DNA of 61,592 bases, filler included. It is 6 parts of 6 records of this genome, joined end to end, with 100 filler letters (N's around TTAATTAATTAA, not from the genome) between each part and the next. Parts side by side here need not be neighbours in the genome. Positions count along the whole stretch, not along the records: positions 1 to 20,576 come from SRR2962707_5447; 5 more parts are not named here. One strand, 5' to 3'. Below the pieces are notes generated by a model. That model was not told the DNA's origin and did no database searches. It worked only from the letters and a program-made list of their open reading frames with translations. Positions 8,912 to 19,703 of this stretch are shown piece by piece; the stretch's first letter is position 1; the number at the start of each line of letters is the position of its first letter. A program made the translations under genes and the position numbers.

Positions 8912-10276
8912 TCATGTTTGTCCGAGCAGCGGCAGGACCACAATCGCGCGCAGCCCTCCTTCCGCACTATTTTCCAGCGTGACCTGCCCGCCATGGGCGA
9001 TGATGATCGTCCGTGCGATGGAGAGACCCAGGCCCGCGCCACCGGTTTCGAGGCTGCGGCTGTCGTCGCCCCGTGTGAATGGCTGAAACATCGCGTTCTG
9101 ACGTTCAGGCGGAATGCCGGGACCGTTGTCCTCGACGGTGACGATGGCATGTTGCTTGTCTCGCGAGAGCGTGACTTTGGCCTGGTCTCCATAGCGCAAG
9201 GCATTGTCGACAAGATTACCGATGGCCCTGCCAAGACCGACGCGGCGGCCTGCCACCTGGATATTCGAGGTGATTTTACATTCCGCCCCGCGATCAACGC
9301 AAAGCTGTTTGAGCAAAGCTCCCAAATCGAGCGGACTCATCTTTTCAGAGTCTTGTCCCTCCCTGGCATAGCTGACAAGCCCATCGGCCATGACCGTCAT
9401 CTCGTCGAGGGTCCGGATCATGGCGTCGCGTTGCTGCTCATCATCGACCATTTCGGCGCGAATGCGCAGACTGGTCATCGGTGTGCGAAGGTCATGACCT
9501 ACAGCGGCGAGCATCCGCATGCGTTCGGCATCAAACTGGGAAATCTCGGCCTGCATGGCGTTGAAGGCCCGCGCCGCTTCGCGCATTTCCCGCGCCCCTT
9601 CTTCGGGAACCCGCGCGGTGCGGTCGCCCCGCCCGGCAGCCTGGGCTGCCTCGGAAAGCTGACTGAGGGGTTTGGTCAAGCGGCGGGCAAGAACGATGGC
9701 CACGCCAAGCACGGAAAGAAGTGACAAACCCAGTACGGTCAGGAATGGCTGGCTGTCGATGCGGCCGCCGCGCGGCGATGCACCGCTGGTCATCACGTTG
9801 AGCCATTCGGCCTGCCCGTCTCGTGGCGTAAGCGGAATGGTGATGGCCATGACCTGATCGGTTAGAAACCCATCCTTGCGATCGGCGGCACCGGGCGGGG
9901 GTGGACGGTTGATAATTGCTACAATCACATCGTCGCGAGCCAGCGTCTGGGAAAGCCCCTGCGCAATGCTCCTGGAACGACTATCCGTGGTGGTCTCGGT
10001 CAGCAACGGGGCATCTTCCACCCTTACGCGGGCGAAACGCGTCGACGCATCCCGCGCAATCACCCTCCGGACCTGTGCGCTAACAGCCTCCATGGCAGGG
10101 ATAAGCGCTGCGATCCGCTCGATCTCACGCTCTTCGCGGGCCTGCTTGTCAAAACTCTGCTGCTGAAAATTCAGAACGGCGAGCGCAATGAGGTTGGCGA
10201 CAACAATGGCGATCGCCAACAGGAACACAATGCGGGCTGCCAGAGCATCGGGCACCAGACGTTGGAGCAGGTTCAT
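8912..10276 (-). CDS. Sensor histidine kinase (2 TM, HAMP, HisKA, HATPase)
   Basis: H-box VGHDLRTPMT, NLVDNALRYG, EDNGPGIP, GAGLGLSIA; start ATG10276 overlaps the regulator stop (TGATG). Confidence 0.93.
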   Translation of the reverse strand: MNLLQRLVPDALAARIVFLLAIAIVVANLIALAVLNFQQQSFDKQAREEREIERIAALIPAMEAVSAQVRRVIARDASTRFARVRVEDAPLLTETTTDSRSRSIAQGLSQTLARDDVIVAIINRPPPPGAADRKDGFLTDQVMAITIPLTPRDGQAEWLNVMTSGASPRGGRIDSQPFLTVLGLSLLSVLGVAIVLARRLTKPLSQLSEAAQAAGRGDRTARVPEEGAREMREAARAFNAMQAEISQFDAERMRMLAAVGHDLRTPMTSLRIRAEMVDDEQQRDAMIRTLDEMTVMADGLVSYAREGQDSEKMSPLDLGALLKQLCVDRGAECKITSNIQVAGRRVGLGRAIGNLVDNALRYGDQAKVTLSRDKQHAIVTVEDNGPGIPPERQNAMFQPFTRGDDSRSLETGGAGLGLSIARTIIIAHGGQVTLENSAEGGLRAIVVLPLLGQT

Positions 10277-10995
10277 CAGCCGACCTCTGTCACGGTGGCG
10301 ACCAGCCTGTATCCGCCACCCCATTCGGTGATCAGGATGTGCGGCTTTTTCGGGTCCTCTTCGATCTTGCGGCGCAGACGGCTGATCTGGTTGTCGATGG
10401 CACGGTCGTAGGCTTTTGCTTCGCGTCCGGATGTCAGGTCGAGCAGCATGGCGCGGTTGAGCACCATGCGCGGCTGGTCCAGAAAAACACCGAGAAGACG
10501 GTTCTCGGCGGTCGTCAGATCCACGCGCCGGCCATCTTCATGGGTCAGCTTCATGACGTCGGGATCGTGTGTCCAGTTTGCAAAAAACCGACGCTTGCTC
10601 GGAGGTGCGGCCGCTTCGGGCGGCGCCCTGCGCAGGATCGCGCGCGCCCGCGCCAACAGCTCCCGCGGGTTGAAGGGCTTGACGAGATAGTCGTCGGCGC
10701 CCAGTTCGAGGCCGACGATACGATCGGTTTCATCCGCCATGGCCGTCAGCAGCAACACCGGCGGACCATCATGCGCCACCAGCCATCGGCACAGGCTCAA
10801 CCCGTCTTCGCCCGGCATCATGATGTCGAGCACCACAAGGTGAATGGCAGTCTCCGCCAGAATTTCACGCGCCTCGGTGGCGTGCGCGGCAAGCCGTGTC
10901 CGGTATCCCTGCTTGCGCAAGTATTGGCCCAGCGGTTCGCGAATGTCGCGGGCATCGTCGACGATCAGAATTTGCGGCGCGATCGGGTCTGTCAT
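10276..10995 (-). CDS. OmpR-family response regulator
   Basis: ILIVDD, LDIMMPGEDG, GADDYLVKPF, winged-helix DRAIDNQISRLRRKIE...GGGY. Confidence 0.95.
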   Translation of the reverse strand: MTDPIAPQILIVDDARDIREPLGQYLRKQGYRTRLAAHATEAREILAETAIHLVVLDIMMPGEDGLSLCRWLVAHDGPPVLLLTAMADETDRIVGLELGADDYLVKPFNPRELLARARAILRRAPPEAAAPPSKRRFFANWTHDPDVMKLTHEDGRRVDLTTAENRLLGVFLDQPRMVLNRAMLLDLTSGREAKAYDRAIDNQISRLRRKIEEDPKKPHILITEWGGGYRLVATVTEVG

Positions 10996-11237
10996 GACGT
11001 GTCTCCTTAGCCCCACCTGGCGGCCACATTTTCCCTAGTAGCACTCTTTCCCGGGAGACAATCAACCGGCGGACCAGCTGTTTTCCGGTTGTTTTGTCGC
11101 AGAATGTATCAAGCGAACCTCCTGCGACACATGACGACAAAGCGGTGATGGCGCTGACACACATTTCAGCCCAATAGCCCCTAAGTCTGTTTCACCAGGG
11201 CAATGCACGCCCGTTGGAAAACTCGAAAGGATACGAC

Positions 11238-11780
11238 ATGAACACTTCGAAATTCCTCCCCGTCAGCCTTGTTGCAATCATGGTTGTTATGTCCGGACAC
11301 ACCGTCGCAACCGCGCAGACCGCAATGGACAAAGAGATGCAGGCACCTAAAGCCACGCATGTTGATTTTCGTGGCCGCGGCGGCGATCACGAAAAGCGCG
11401 GAGATCGCGGCATGATGCGCCAGATCCTCGAGAAGATTGACGCCGATGCAGACGGCGCGGTGACGCAGGCTGAAATCGACACGTTCCGCTCCGCTGTTGT
11501 GACTGGAGCAGATGCGTCCGGGGATGGCAGCATCTCGCTTGACGAGTTCGAAACGATCTATCTCCAGTTGATCCGCAACAAGATGGTCGACGCCTTCCAG
11601 GACCTTGATGAGGATGGCGATGGCGTGGTGACACAGGCCGAGATGGACAAGCGATTTGGCGATGTCGTCGAGCGGATGGACCGCAATGGAGACGGCAAGC
11701 TGGACCGCGATGACCGGCGTGGACATGACCGCAAGGGACATGGCCGTGACGGGTCCAAACACGGTGACCGCCGCGGCTGA
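11238..11780 (+). CDS. Secreted EF-hand calcium-binding protein
   Basis: Signal peptide; four EF-hand loops DADADGAVTQAE, DASGDGSISLDE, DEDGDGVVTQAE, DRNGDGKLDRDD; H/R/G/D-rich tail. Confidence 0.88.
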   Translation: MNTSKFLPVSLVAIMVVMSGHTVATAQTAMDKEMQAPKATHVDFRGRGGDHEKRGDRGMMRQILEKIDADADGAVTQAEIDTFRSAVVTGADASGDGSISLDEFETIYLQLIRNKMVDAFQDLDEDGDGVVTQAEMDKRFGDVVERMDRNGDGKLDRDDRRGHDRKGHGRDGSKHGDRRG

Positions 11781-12004
11781 CGCGGTAATGGCGAGGGCAT
11801 TAAAGCCCTCGCCGCATTCCGTTATGACCAGAACCGGACTGAGTCTGCCTGCCTGCTGGCTATCCCCATCGGCACAACGCTCAAGCACCCCATTATCACG
11901 GACATGATTTTTGCGCCGCATGATCTGTCAATCAGCGTGACGCCGCGCGAACAAACGGTACGCCGGAAGCCCCCCACGGCGATGATGAAGAGTTAGGATT
12001 TCAG

Positions 12005-13243
12005 ATGCGCAAGATCGTCACATTGATTGTCTCGGTGGTGATACTCGCCGGATCATATTTCATTGCCTTCGGTGTCCCTGCTTCTTTCGGGGTCTATACG
12101 AACTCCCAGACCGAAAGTGGCACGCAACAAACAGGCAAGTCTGCGGGCGGCACGCAGCGTGCCGGCCCCGGTGGCGTGGCTCGTGGCGCCAGAACGACAA
12201 CGGTGGTGCTGACGCCGCTGGAAATGCAGCCCTATGAAGATGTCCTGCGTGCGGTTGGCAGTGCCGATGCATTGCGCAGCGCCACGGTAACCTCGAACGT
12301 TTCGGGTGAGGTAGTGGAAGCCAATCTCGCCGCCAGCCAGGACGTTTCGGCTGGTGACGTGCTTGTGCAGCTTGATGCGCGGACCGAAGTGCTCAATCTG
12401 CAAATCGCCCAGGCCGAACTTGAACAGGCCGTTGACAAGGTTCTGCGCTACGAGAGTCTGGGGAAGACGGGCAACTCGTCGATTACGGGCGTAACCTTGT
12501 CGGAAGCGAAGGTGGCTCAGCGGCTCGCTGAAGCAAATGTCGGCCTTGCCCAGGTCGCCCTGGACAACCGCACGATCCGTGCCCCGATCTCCGGCAAGCT
12601 GGGCTTGGCCGACATCGAAATCGGCGACATTCTATCGGTCGGCAGCACCATCACTACCATTGACGACGCTGAAGCTTTGCTGGTGGTTTTCGAACTGCCC
12701 GAACGCTCCGTCGGTCTGCTCGAAAAGGGCCAGAAGGTCCTGGCAAGCACTCCGACATTCACCGGCCAGGTGTTCGAGGGCGAAATTGTCTCCTTCGACA
12801 GCCGGATCGACAGCGTCACGCGCAGCGTTACGGTGCATGCCCGGATTGAAAACACCGACACGCGGCTGTGGCCGGGCATGACCTTTTCTGTCCGCATCGT
12901 GCATGAGAGCGATCCGCTGGCCGTTCTGCCCTCAACCGCGATCACATGGTCGCGCAGCGGATCAAGCATCTGGATCGACAAGGACGGTGTTGCCGAGCAG
13001 GTCGCTGCAACGATCCTGTTTCGGCGTGACGATCAGGTGTGGATTGAAGCGGATATTGCCCCTGGCACGATGGTCGTATCCGAGGGCGCGCAAAAGCTGC
13101 GGAACGGAGCTGCCATCGTGGCTGCACGGGGATCAGAAGGCGAACCGGCGAGCACGAAACAGGCGACAACGCCAGAAGCTTCAAGACAGAAAATCGGGCG
13201 CGCCGATACAGGACAACCCACCGCGCCGGAGGAGCCGATATGA
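12005..13243 (+). CDS. RND efflux periplasmic adaptor (MFP)
   Basis: N-terminal anchor, lipoyl halves (GDVLVQLD, IRAPISG), IDSVTRS, LWPGM. Confidence 0.93.
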   Translation: MRKIVTLIVSVVILAGSYFIAFGVPASFGVYTNSQTESGTQQTGKSAGGTQRAGPGGVARGARTTTVVLTPLEMQPYEDVLRAVGSADALRSATVTSNVSGEVVEANLAASQDVSAGDVLVQLDARTEVLNLQIAQAELEQAVDKVLRYESLGKTGNSSITGVTLSEAKVAQRLAEANVGLAQVALDNRTIRAPISGKLGLADIEIGDILSVGSTITTIDDAEALLVVFELPERSVGLLEKGQKVLASTPTFTGQVFEGEIVSFDSRIDSVTRSVTVHARIENTDTRLWPGMTFSVRIVHESDPLAVLPSTAITWSRSGSSIWIDKDGVAEQVAATILFRRDDQVWIEADIAPGTMVVSEGAQKLRNGAAIVAARGSEGEPASTKQATTPEASRQKIGRADTGQPTAPEEPI

Positions 13244-16200
13244 CCACTCAGAATCCTGAGAACCGCAGAGCGGGAATGGCTGGCTTTTTCGTTTCCCGTC
13301 CGATTTTCGGTGTGGTCATCAATCTGCTGATCCTGATCGCGGGTCTGGCCGCCCTCGCCTCGGTGGATGTGCGCGAAATGCCGGATGTGGACCAGCCGGT
13401 GCTTTCTATCCGCACCAGCTATGAAGGCGCGGTTCCCCAGACGGTTGACCAGGAAGTGACGCAGGTTCTGGAGGACGCATTGAGCGCCCTTGATGGGCTG
13501 TCCTACATCGAATCGACCTCCACCACCGGCTCAAGCCGTATAACCATCGATCTGTCGGAGGGAACTGACGTTGACGTGGCCGCAAACGAAGCGCGCGAAA
13601 TTGTATCCGCGACGCAGCGCGAACTGCCCGATGACATCGATGATCCGGTGGTGTCAAAAAGCGATAGCAACGCTGACGCCATTATCCGCCTGGCCGTCAT
13701 GGGTGATGCCACGTTCAACGAGTTGAGCCTTCTTGCCGAGGGCATGATCTATGACCGCCTGTCGGTCATTGACGGCATTGCCGAAGTCACCATCCGCGGC
13801 AACCGGGCCAATGAATTCCGCGTCACCCTTGATATTCCTTCGCTGCTGAATCGAGGGCTGACGGTGTCTGATGTCTCCAATGCGCTGGCCGCCTTGCGCG
13901 ACGACACACCGCTTGGCGCGCTCGACGCCACCTCGCAAAGCGTCGCACTGCGTGTCGGAAACGCCGAAGTGACACCCGACAGCGTCGGCCAGGTCTCCAT
14001 CAATTCCACAACCCGGGTCTCCGACGTGGCCTTCGTTCAGGTGGTCCCCGAAGACAGCGATGTGTTTTCCCGCGTCAACGGTCAGACAGCCATCGGACTG
14101 GACATCAGCCGCCAGTCTGTCGGCAACACACTCGAGATCTCGAAAGCGGTACGAACCGCGGTCGAAGAGCTGCGCTCCGAATTGCCCGCGGGCGTAGACA
14201 TCGTCATCACCTCGGATGATGGCGTCTTCATCGAAGGCTCAATCGACGAGGTGGTCAAGTCCATAGGTCTGGCTGCCGCGATTGTGATTGCGGTGATTTT
14301 CGCCTTTCTGCGATCGCCCAGTGCAACCTTGATCCCGGCGGTGACGATTCCCGTAGCCCTGGTGGGCACTGTTGCGGCGATCTGGCTGACCGGATTTTCG
14401 GTCAACACCATCAGTCTTCTGGCGCTGGTTCTGGCCACTGGCATGGTGGTGGACGATGCGATCGTCGTGATCGAGAATATCGTGCGAAAGCGACAGCAGG
14501 GCATGGGCGCCTTTGCCGCCGCGGCAGCCGGCACCAACGAGGTGTTCTTTGCCGTGATATCGACGACGGCAACGCTGGCGGCTGTGTTTATCCCGATCTC
14601 GTTCCTGCCCGGTCAGGCGGGAGGTGTGTTCAGCGAATTTGGCTTTGTGCTGGCTTTCGCCGTCACGCTGTCTTCGATCACAGCACTGACACTGGCCCCC
14701 GTCATGGCTGCATTCGTCGATCCGGGGCGCGCCGGATCGCAAAAACCGGCCAGGCAACAGGGGCGATTGTCCCGTGCATTCGACACGGTGATGGACCGTG
14801 CAATTCGCGCACCGGTGATCGTGCTCGCCGTCGCATGCGGCTTCGCCATTATCGCGGCGGGAGCAGCAACCACCCTCTCCTCCAGCATCACACCCAGCGA
14901 GGACCGTGGTTTTTTCCTGGTTCAGGCGCGTGGCGCACCCGACACCACTCCCGAATACCTCGATACCCAGGTCGCACTGGTCGAGGACATTCTGACGCCT
15001 TATCGGGAGAGCGGCGAAGTCTCTGCCGTGCAGAGCATTATCGGTGTGGGCGGCGGCACAAGCGCCTTCATCATTGTTCGTCTGCCGGATTGGGCCGAAC
15101 GCGACCGCAGCCAGGAAGAGATCGTGACGGAGGTCAGCCGCCAGCTCACCAGTGTACCCGGCGTGCAGGTCAGCGCCCGGTCAACCAACAGCCTGAACAT
15201 CCGTGGCGCGGGGCAAGGCCTGAAGTTCGCTGTCACCGGAACCGATATTTCGGCAATGACTGACGCTGCCGACGCGCTGGTGACGGCCATGTCCGGTGAC
15301 GACAATTTCATCAATCCGCAGCTTTCCAGCGACAGCGTGCAAGCGCAGTACGAAGTTCGGGTGAACGGCGACATGACCGGTGTGTTCGGACTGACGGAAG
15401 CCGAAATCACCGAGACCATAAGCTCGATGGTCCAGGGAAAGGTCGCCGTCACCGTTTTCAAGAACGATGCCGAAACGGATGTCAACGTGGTGCCGGGCGG
15501 CCCGCCGATCAACGATCCGTCGGATCTTGAATCGATCTTTCTGCGGCTCCCCGACGGCGCCTATATTCCGCTCTCGGCAGCCGCGACACTGGTGCCGGTG
15601 GTCAGCCAGTCCGAAATCGAGCGCCAGAACGGATCGCTGGCTGTGTCGGTACAGGCCAATCTCAGTCCCGGTGTCGACCTTGGCACTGCCATGACGCGGC
15701 TGACCGAGATTGCCGCCGATACGCTGCCTGACGGCATGAGCATCACCTTTACGGGGGAAGCCGCAACTCTGAACGACAGCCAGTCCGGCATGTACATGGT
15801 GTTCGGGGTAGCCTTCGTTGTGGTGTTTCTTGTGCTGGCTGCGCAGTTCGAAAGCATCGCCAGCGCAATTGTCATCATGCTGACTGTGCCTTTCGGCCTT
15901 GCCGCAGCTCTGATGGCAATTTCGCTGACGGGCGGATCGCTGAACTACTACAGCCAGATCGGTCTGGTGATGCTGATCGGCGTGATGGCCAAGAACGGCA
16001 TCCTGATCGTCGAGTTTGCCAACCAGTTGCGCGAGGCGGGGCAGGATATCGACAGCGCTATCCGCGATGCGTTGCGCCTGCGCATCAGGCCGGTGATGAT
16101 GACGATGTTGTCGACTGTGTTTGGCGGGTTGCCGCTGATCCTGACCTCAGGCGCAGGTGCGGAGGCGCGGATCGCGGTCGGCTGGGTCATCATCGGCGGA

Positions 16201-16353
16201 CTGGGCTTTGCCACCGTGTTTACACTTTTCCTGACTCCCGTCTTCTATCGTTGGATAGCAGTATGGGGCGCAGAACCCGGCATGGCATCCAAGCGGCTAA
16301 AACGGGAGAACGCGATGGTACTGGAGGCAGGTACGCACGAAAAAATGGCCTGA
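13240..16353 (+). CDS. RND efflux transporter permease (AcrB/AcrD/AcrF family)
   Basis: 1037 aa; proton-relay motifs GMVVDDAIVVIENI, KNGILIVEF, RIRPVMMT. Confidence 0.96.
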   Translation: MTTQNPENRRAGMAGFFVSRPIFGVVINLLILIAGLAALASVDVREMPDVDQPVLSIRTSYEGAVPQTVDQEVTQVLEDALSALDGLSYIESTSTTGSSRITIDLSEGTDVDVAANEAREIVSATQRELPDDIDDPVVSKSDSNADAIIRLAVMGDATFNELSLLAEGMIYDRLSVIDGIAEVTIRGNRANEFRVTLDIPSLLNRGLTVSDVSNALAALRDDTPLGALDATSQSVALRVGNAEVTPDSVGQVSINSTTRVSDVAFVQVVPEDSDVFSRVNGQTAIGLDISRQSVGNTLEISKAVRTAVEELRSELPAGVDIVITSDDGVFIEGSIDEVVKSIGLAAAIVIAVIFAFLRSPSATLIPAVTIPVALVGTVAAIWLTGFSVNTISLLALVLATGMVVDDAIVVIENIVRKRQQGMGAFAAAAAGTNEVFFAVISTTATLAAVFIPISFLPGQAGGVFSEFGFVLAFAVTLSSITALTLAPVMAAFVDPGRAGSQKPARQQGRLSRAFDTVMDRAIRAPVIVLAVACGFAIIAAGAATTLSSSITPSEDRGFFLVQARGAPDTTPEYLDTQVALVEDILTPYRESGEVSAVQSIIGVGGGTSAFIIVRLPDWAERDRSQEEIVTEVSRQLTSVPGVQVSARSTNSLNIRGAGQGLKFAVTGTDISAMTDAADALVTAMSGDDNFINPQLSSDSVQAQYEVRVNGDMTGVFGLTEAEITETISSMVQGKVAVTVFKNDAETDVNVVPGGPPINDPSDLESIFLRLPDGAYIPLSAAATLVPVVSQSEIERQNGSLAVSVQANLSPGVDLGTAMTRLTEIAADTLPDGMSITFTGEAATLNDSQSGMYMVFGVAFVVVFLVLAAQFESIASAIVIMLTVPFGLAAALMAISLTGGSLNYYSQIGLVMLIGVMAKNGILIVEFANQLREAGQDIDSAIRDALRLRIRPVMMTMLSTVFGGLPLILTSGAGAEARIAVGWVIIGGLGFATVFTLFLTPVFYRWIAVWGAEPGMASKRLKRENAMVLEAGTHEKMA

Positions 16354-16507
16354 CATGTCAGCGGAAAATTCACGCGAAACAGCAAATAATGGTTCGAATC
16401 TGATGGCGATGGAACGGGCGTCATCTTGAAGCGCAATCTTGGATCCTGATCGCGTTCTGCGGGCTCAACAGAGCTCGCGTCCGGGTTTTAGCCGAGAGTC
16501 ATTTTGT

Positions 16508-16552
16508 TTCGGTTCTTTTCGTTTGACATTCGATTATGGTTCCTTTTATCCT
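16508..16552 (+). promoter_or_regulatory. Sigma70-like promoter with phased TTCG repeats upstream of the glycerol ABC operon
   Basis: TTGACA (16523-16528), 18-bp spacer, TATCCT (16547-16552); TTCG at 16508, 16518 and 16529. Confidence 0.5.
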
Positions 16553-16665
16553 TACCACATTCGGGAATGCAGGACGTATACTCACCCGCAGCACGCAATG
16601 GCAGCGGCATTGAAAGTGCGTCCGACATGCACTCTGGAGGCGGGGCTTGGGAGGGCTTCTTCTAC

Positions 16666-17742
16666 ATGCTGGAATTGGACAAAGTCTCCAAGATTTCCAA
16701 CGGGGAAACCCATATCAGTGACGTTTCGCTGCGGCTGGAAAGCGGTTCGCTGAACGTGCTTCTGGGGCCGACCTTGTCGGGCAAGACCAGCCTGATGCGG
16801 ATCATGGCCGGGCTCGACCGCCCAACGCACGGGCGCGTGTTGAGTGACGGCAAGGATGTGACCGGACTGGCCGTGCAGAAGCGCAATGTCGCCATGGTCT
16901 ACCAGCAATTCATCAATTACCCGGCAATGACTGTCTATGAGAATATTGCCTCGCCACTTCGGATATCCGGCGCCGACAAGGCGACGATAGCGCGCGAAGT
17001 GGACCGCGCTGCCGAACTGCTCCGGCTTGGCCCTTATCTGCAGCGCACGCCGCTCAATCTGTCCGGTGGCCAACAGCAGCGCACGGCGCTGGCGCGCGCC
17101 ATCGTCAAGAAGGCCGGCCTAGTGCTGCTGGATGAGCCGCTGGCCAATCTCGATTACAAATTGCGCGAGGAACTGCGCGCCGAACTGCCGAAGATCTTCT
17201 CTGAATCCGGCGCCATTTTCGTTTACGCCACAACCGAACCGTCCGAAGCCCTGCTTTTGGGCGGCGCGACGGCGACGCTGAGCCAAGGCCGCATCACCCA
17301 GTTCGGCCCGACGGTCGATGTGTTCCGCGATCCGGTCAATCTGGTGACCGCGCAGACTTTCTCCGATCCACCGATGAACCTGCTGCCGATGGAAAAGAAG
17401 CAGGGCAATTTCGTCAAGCAGGGCGTGAAAGACATCCCGGTTCCGGCCTCGCTTTCGCATCTCGCAGACGGGCCCTGCACGCTCGGCTTCCGGCCGCACA
17501 ATCTGTCGCCTGTTGCCGGTGCGGGCACGACGCCGCTTTCGGCCGAGGTGATGGTGACCGAAATCACCGGATCGGAAAGCTATGTCCATCTCATTCATGA
17601 AGACCAGCGCTGGGTGATGCTGACCAAGGGCATCCACGACATCGACGCCGGCAAGATGCTGGACGTGCATCTCGATACGGCTCACCTGCTGGTGTTCGAC
17701 CGAAATGGGCGCACAGTTCGCGCCCAAAAAGTGGGGGCGTGA
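16666..17742 (+). CDS. glpS: Glycerol-type ABC transporter ATP-binding protein
   Basis: GPTLSGKT Walker A, LSGGQQQR, LLDEPLANLD, YATTEP; start set at ATG16666 after GGAGGG. Confidence 0.85.
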   Translation: MLELDKVSKISNGETHISDVSLRLESGSLNVLLGPTLSGKTSLMRIMAGLDRPTHGRVLSDGKDVTGLAVQKRNVAMVYQQFINYPAMTVYENIASPLRISGADKATIAREVDRAAELLRLGPYLQRTPLNLSGGQQQRTALARAIVKKAGLVLLDEPLANLDYKLREELRAELPKIFSESGAIFVYATTEPSEALLLGGATATLSQGRITQFGPTVDVFRDPVNLVTAQTFSDPPMNLLPMEKKQGNFVKQGVKDIPVPASLSHLADGPCTLGFRPHNLSPVAGAGTTPLSAEVMVTEITGSESYVHLIHEDQRWVMLTKGIHDIDAGKMLDVHLDTAHLLVFDRNGRTVRAQKVGA

Positions 17743-17751
17743 GGAAAAACC

Positions 17752-18822
17752 ATGGCCCGCATTGATCTCGACCATATCCGCCACGCCTACATGGCCAACC
17801 CTTCCCGCGACGAGGACTATGCGCTGCGCGAAGTGCATCATTCCTGGGATGATGGTGGCGCCTATGCGCTGCTCGGGCCGTCTGGCTGCGGCAAGACCAC
17901 GCTGCTCAACATCATTTCAGGCCTGCTGACGCCGTCCGAAGGCAAGATCCTTTTCGATGGCAAGGACGTCACCGGCCTGCAGCCGGAAGAGCGCAACATT
18001 GCCCAGGTATTCCAGTTCCCGGTCGTCTACGACACCATGACGGTGGCCGACAATCTGGCCTTCCCGCTGCGCAATCGCGGCATGGCCGAAGCCGACGTCC
18101 AGGCCCGGGTTGCCGAAGTGCTGGAGATGATCGATCTCGTCGAGATCGCCAACCGCAAGGCGCGCGGCCTGACAGCCGATCTCAAGCAGAAAATCTCGCT
18201 CGGCCGCGGCCTGGTGCGCGCCGATGTCAACGCCATCCTGTTCGACGAGCCGCTGACGGTGATCGATCCGCACATGAAATGGCAGCTGCGCTCGCAGCTG
18301 AAGCTGCTGCACCGCCGCTTCGGCCACACCATGGTCTATGTCACCCACGACCAGACCGAGGCACTGACCTTTGCCGACAAGGTGGTGGTGATGTATGGCG
18401 GCGAAATCGTCCAGATCGGCACGCCGCAGGAACTGTTCGAGCGCCCGAGCCACACCTTTGTCGGCTATTTCATTGGCTCGCCGGGCATGAATGTGCTGCC
18501 GGTCGCACTCGACGGCGCGCGGGCGCAACTGGGACAGCAGTCGATCACCCTGCCCGGCGCCGCGAACCTGACCAACGGCAAGCGCACCGAACTGGGGATC
18601 CGCCCTGAATTCGTGCAGCTCGGCACCACGGGCATGCCGGTCAGCGTGCGTATGGTCGAGGATATCGGGCGGCACAAGATCGTCCGCGCCATGATCGAGG
18701 GTCATGAACTGGCGATCGTGCTGGATGAGGATTCATCCGTACCCGCCGATCCGCATGTCACCTTCGATCCCGCCGGAATCAACATTTACGCCGACGACTG
18801 GCGCGTAAAGCTGGGAGGCTGA
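17752..18822 (+). CDS. glpT: Glycerol-type ABC transporter ATP-binding protein
   Basis: GPSGCGKT, degenerate signature GLTADLKQK, FDEPLTVIDPH, YVTHDQ. Confidence 0.85.
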   Translation: MARIDLDHIRHAYMANPSRDEDYALREVHHSWDDGGAYALLGPSGCGKTTLLNIISGLLTPSEGKILFDGKDVTGLQPEERNIAQVFQFPVVYDTMTVADNLAFPLRNRGMAEADVQARVAEVLEMIDLVEIANRKARGLTADLKQKISLGRGLVRADVNAILFDEPLTVIDPHMKWQLRSQLKLLHRRFGHTMVYVTHDQTEALTFADKVVVMYGGEIVQIGTPQELFERPSHTFVGYFIGSPGMNVLPVALDGARAQLGQQSITLPGAANLTNGKRTELGIRPEFVQLGTTGMPVSVRMVEDIGRHKIVRAMIEGHELAIVLDEDSSVPADPHVTFDPAGINIYADDWRVKLGG

Positions 18823-18823
18823 G

Positions 18824-19690
<867 letters not shown>

Positions 19691-19703
19691 GGGAGAGCGA
19701 AGC

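Noticed and set aside
2345-18705. Long antisense or alternate-frame ORFs (e.g. 2345-3466, 3388-4275, 8813-9724, 17917-18705)
   Set aside because: Shadows of well-supported genes in GC-rich DNA; no motifs of their own.
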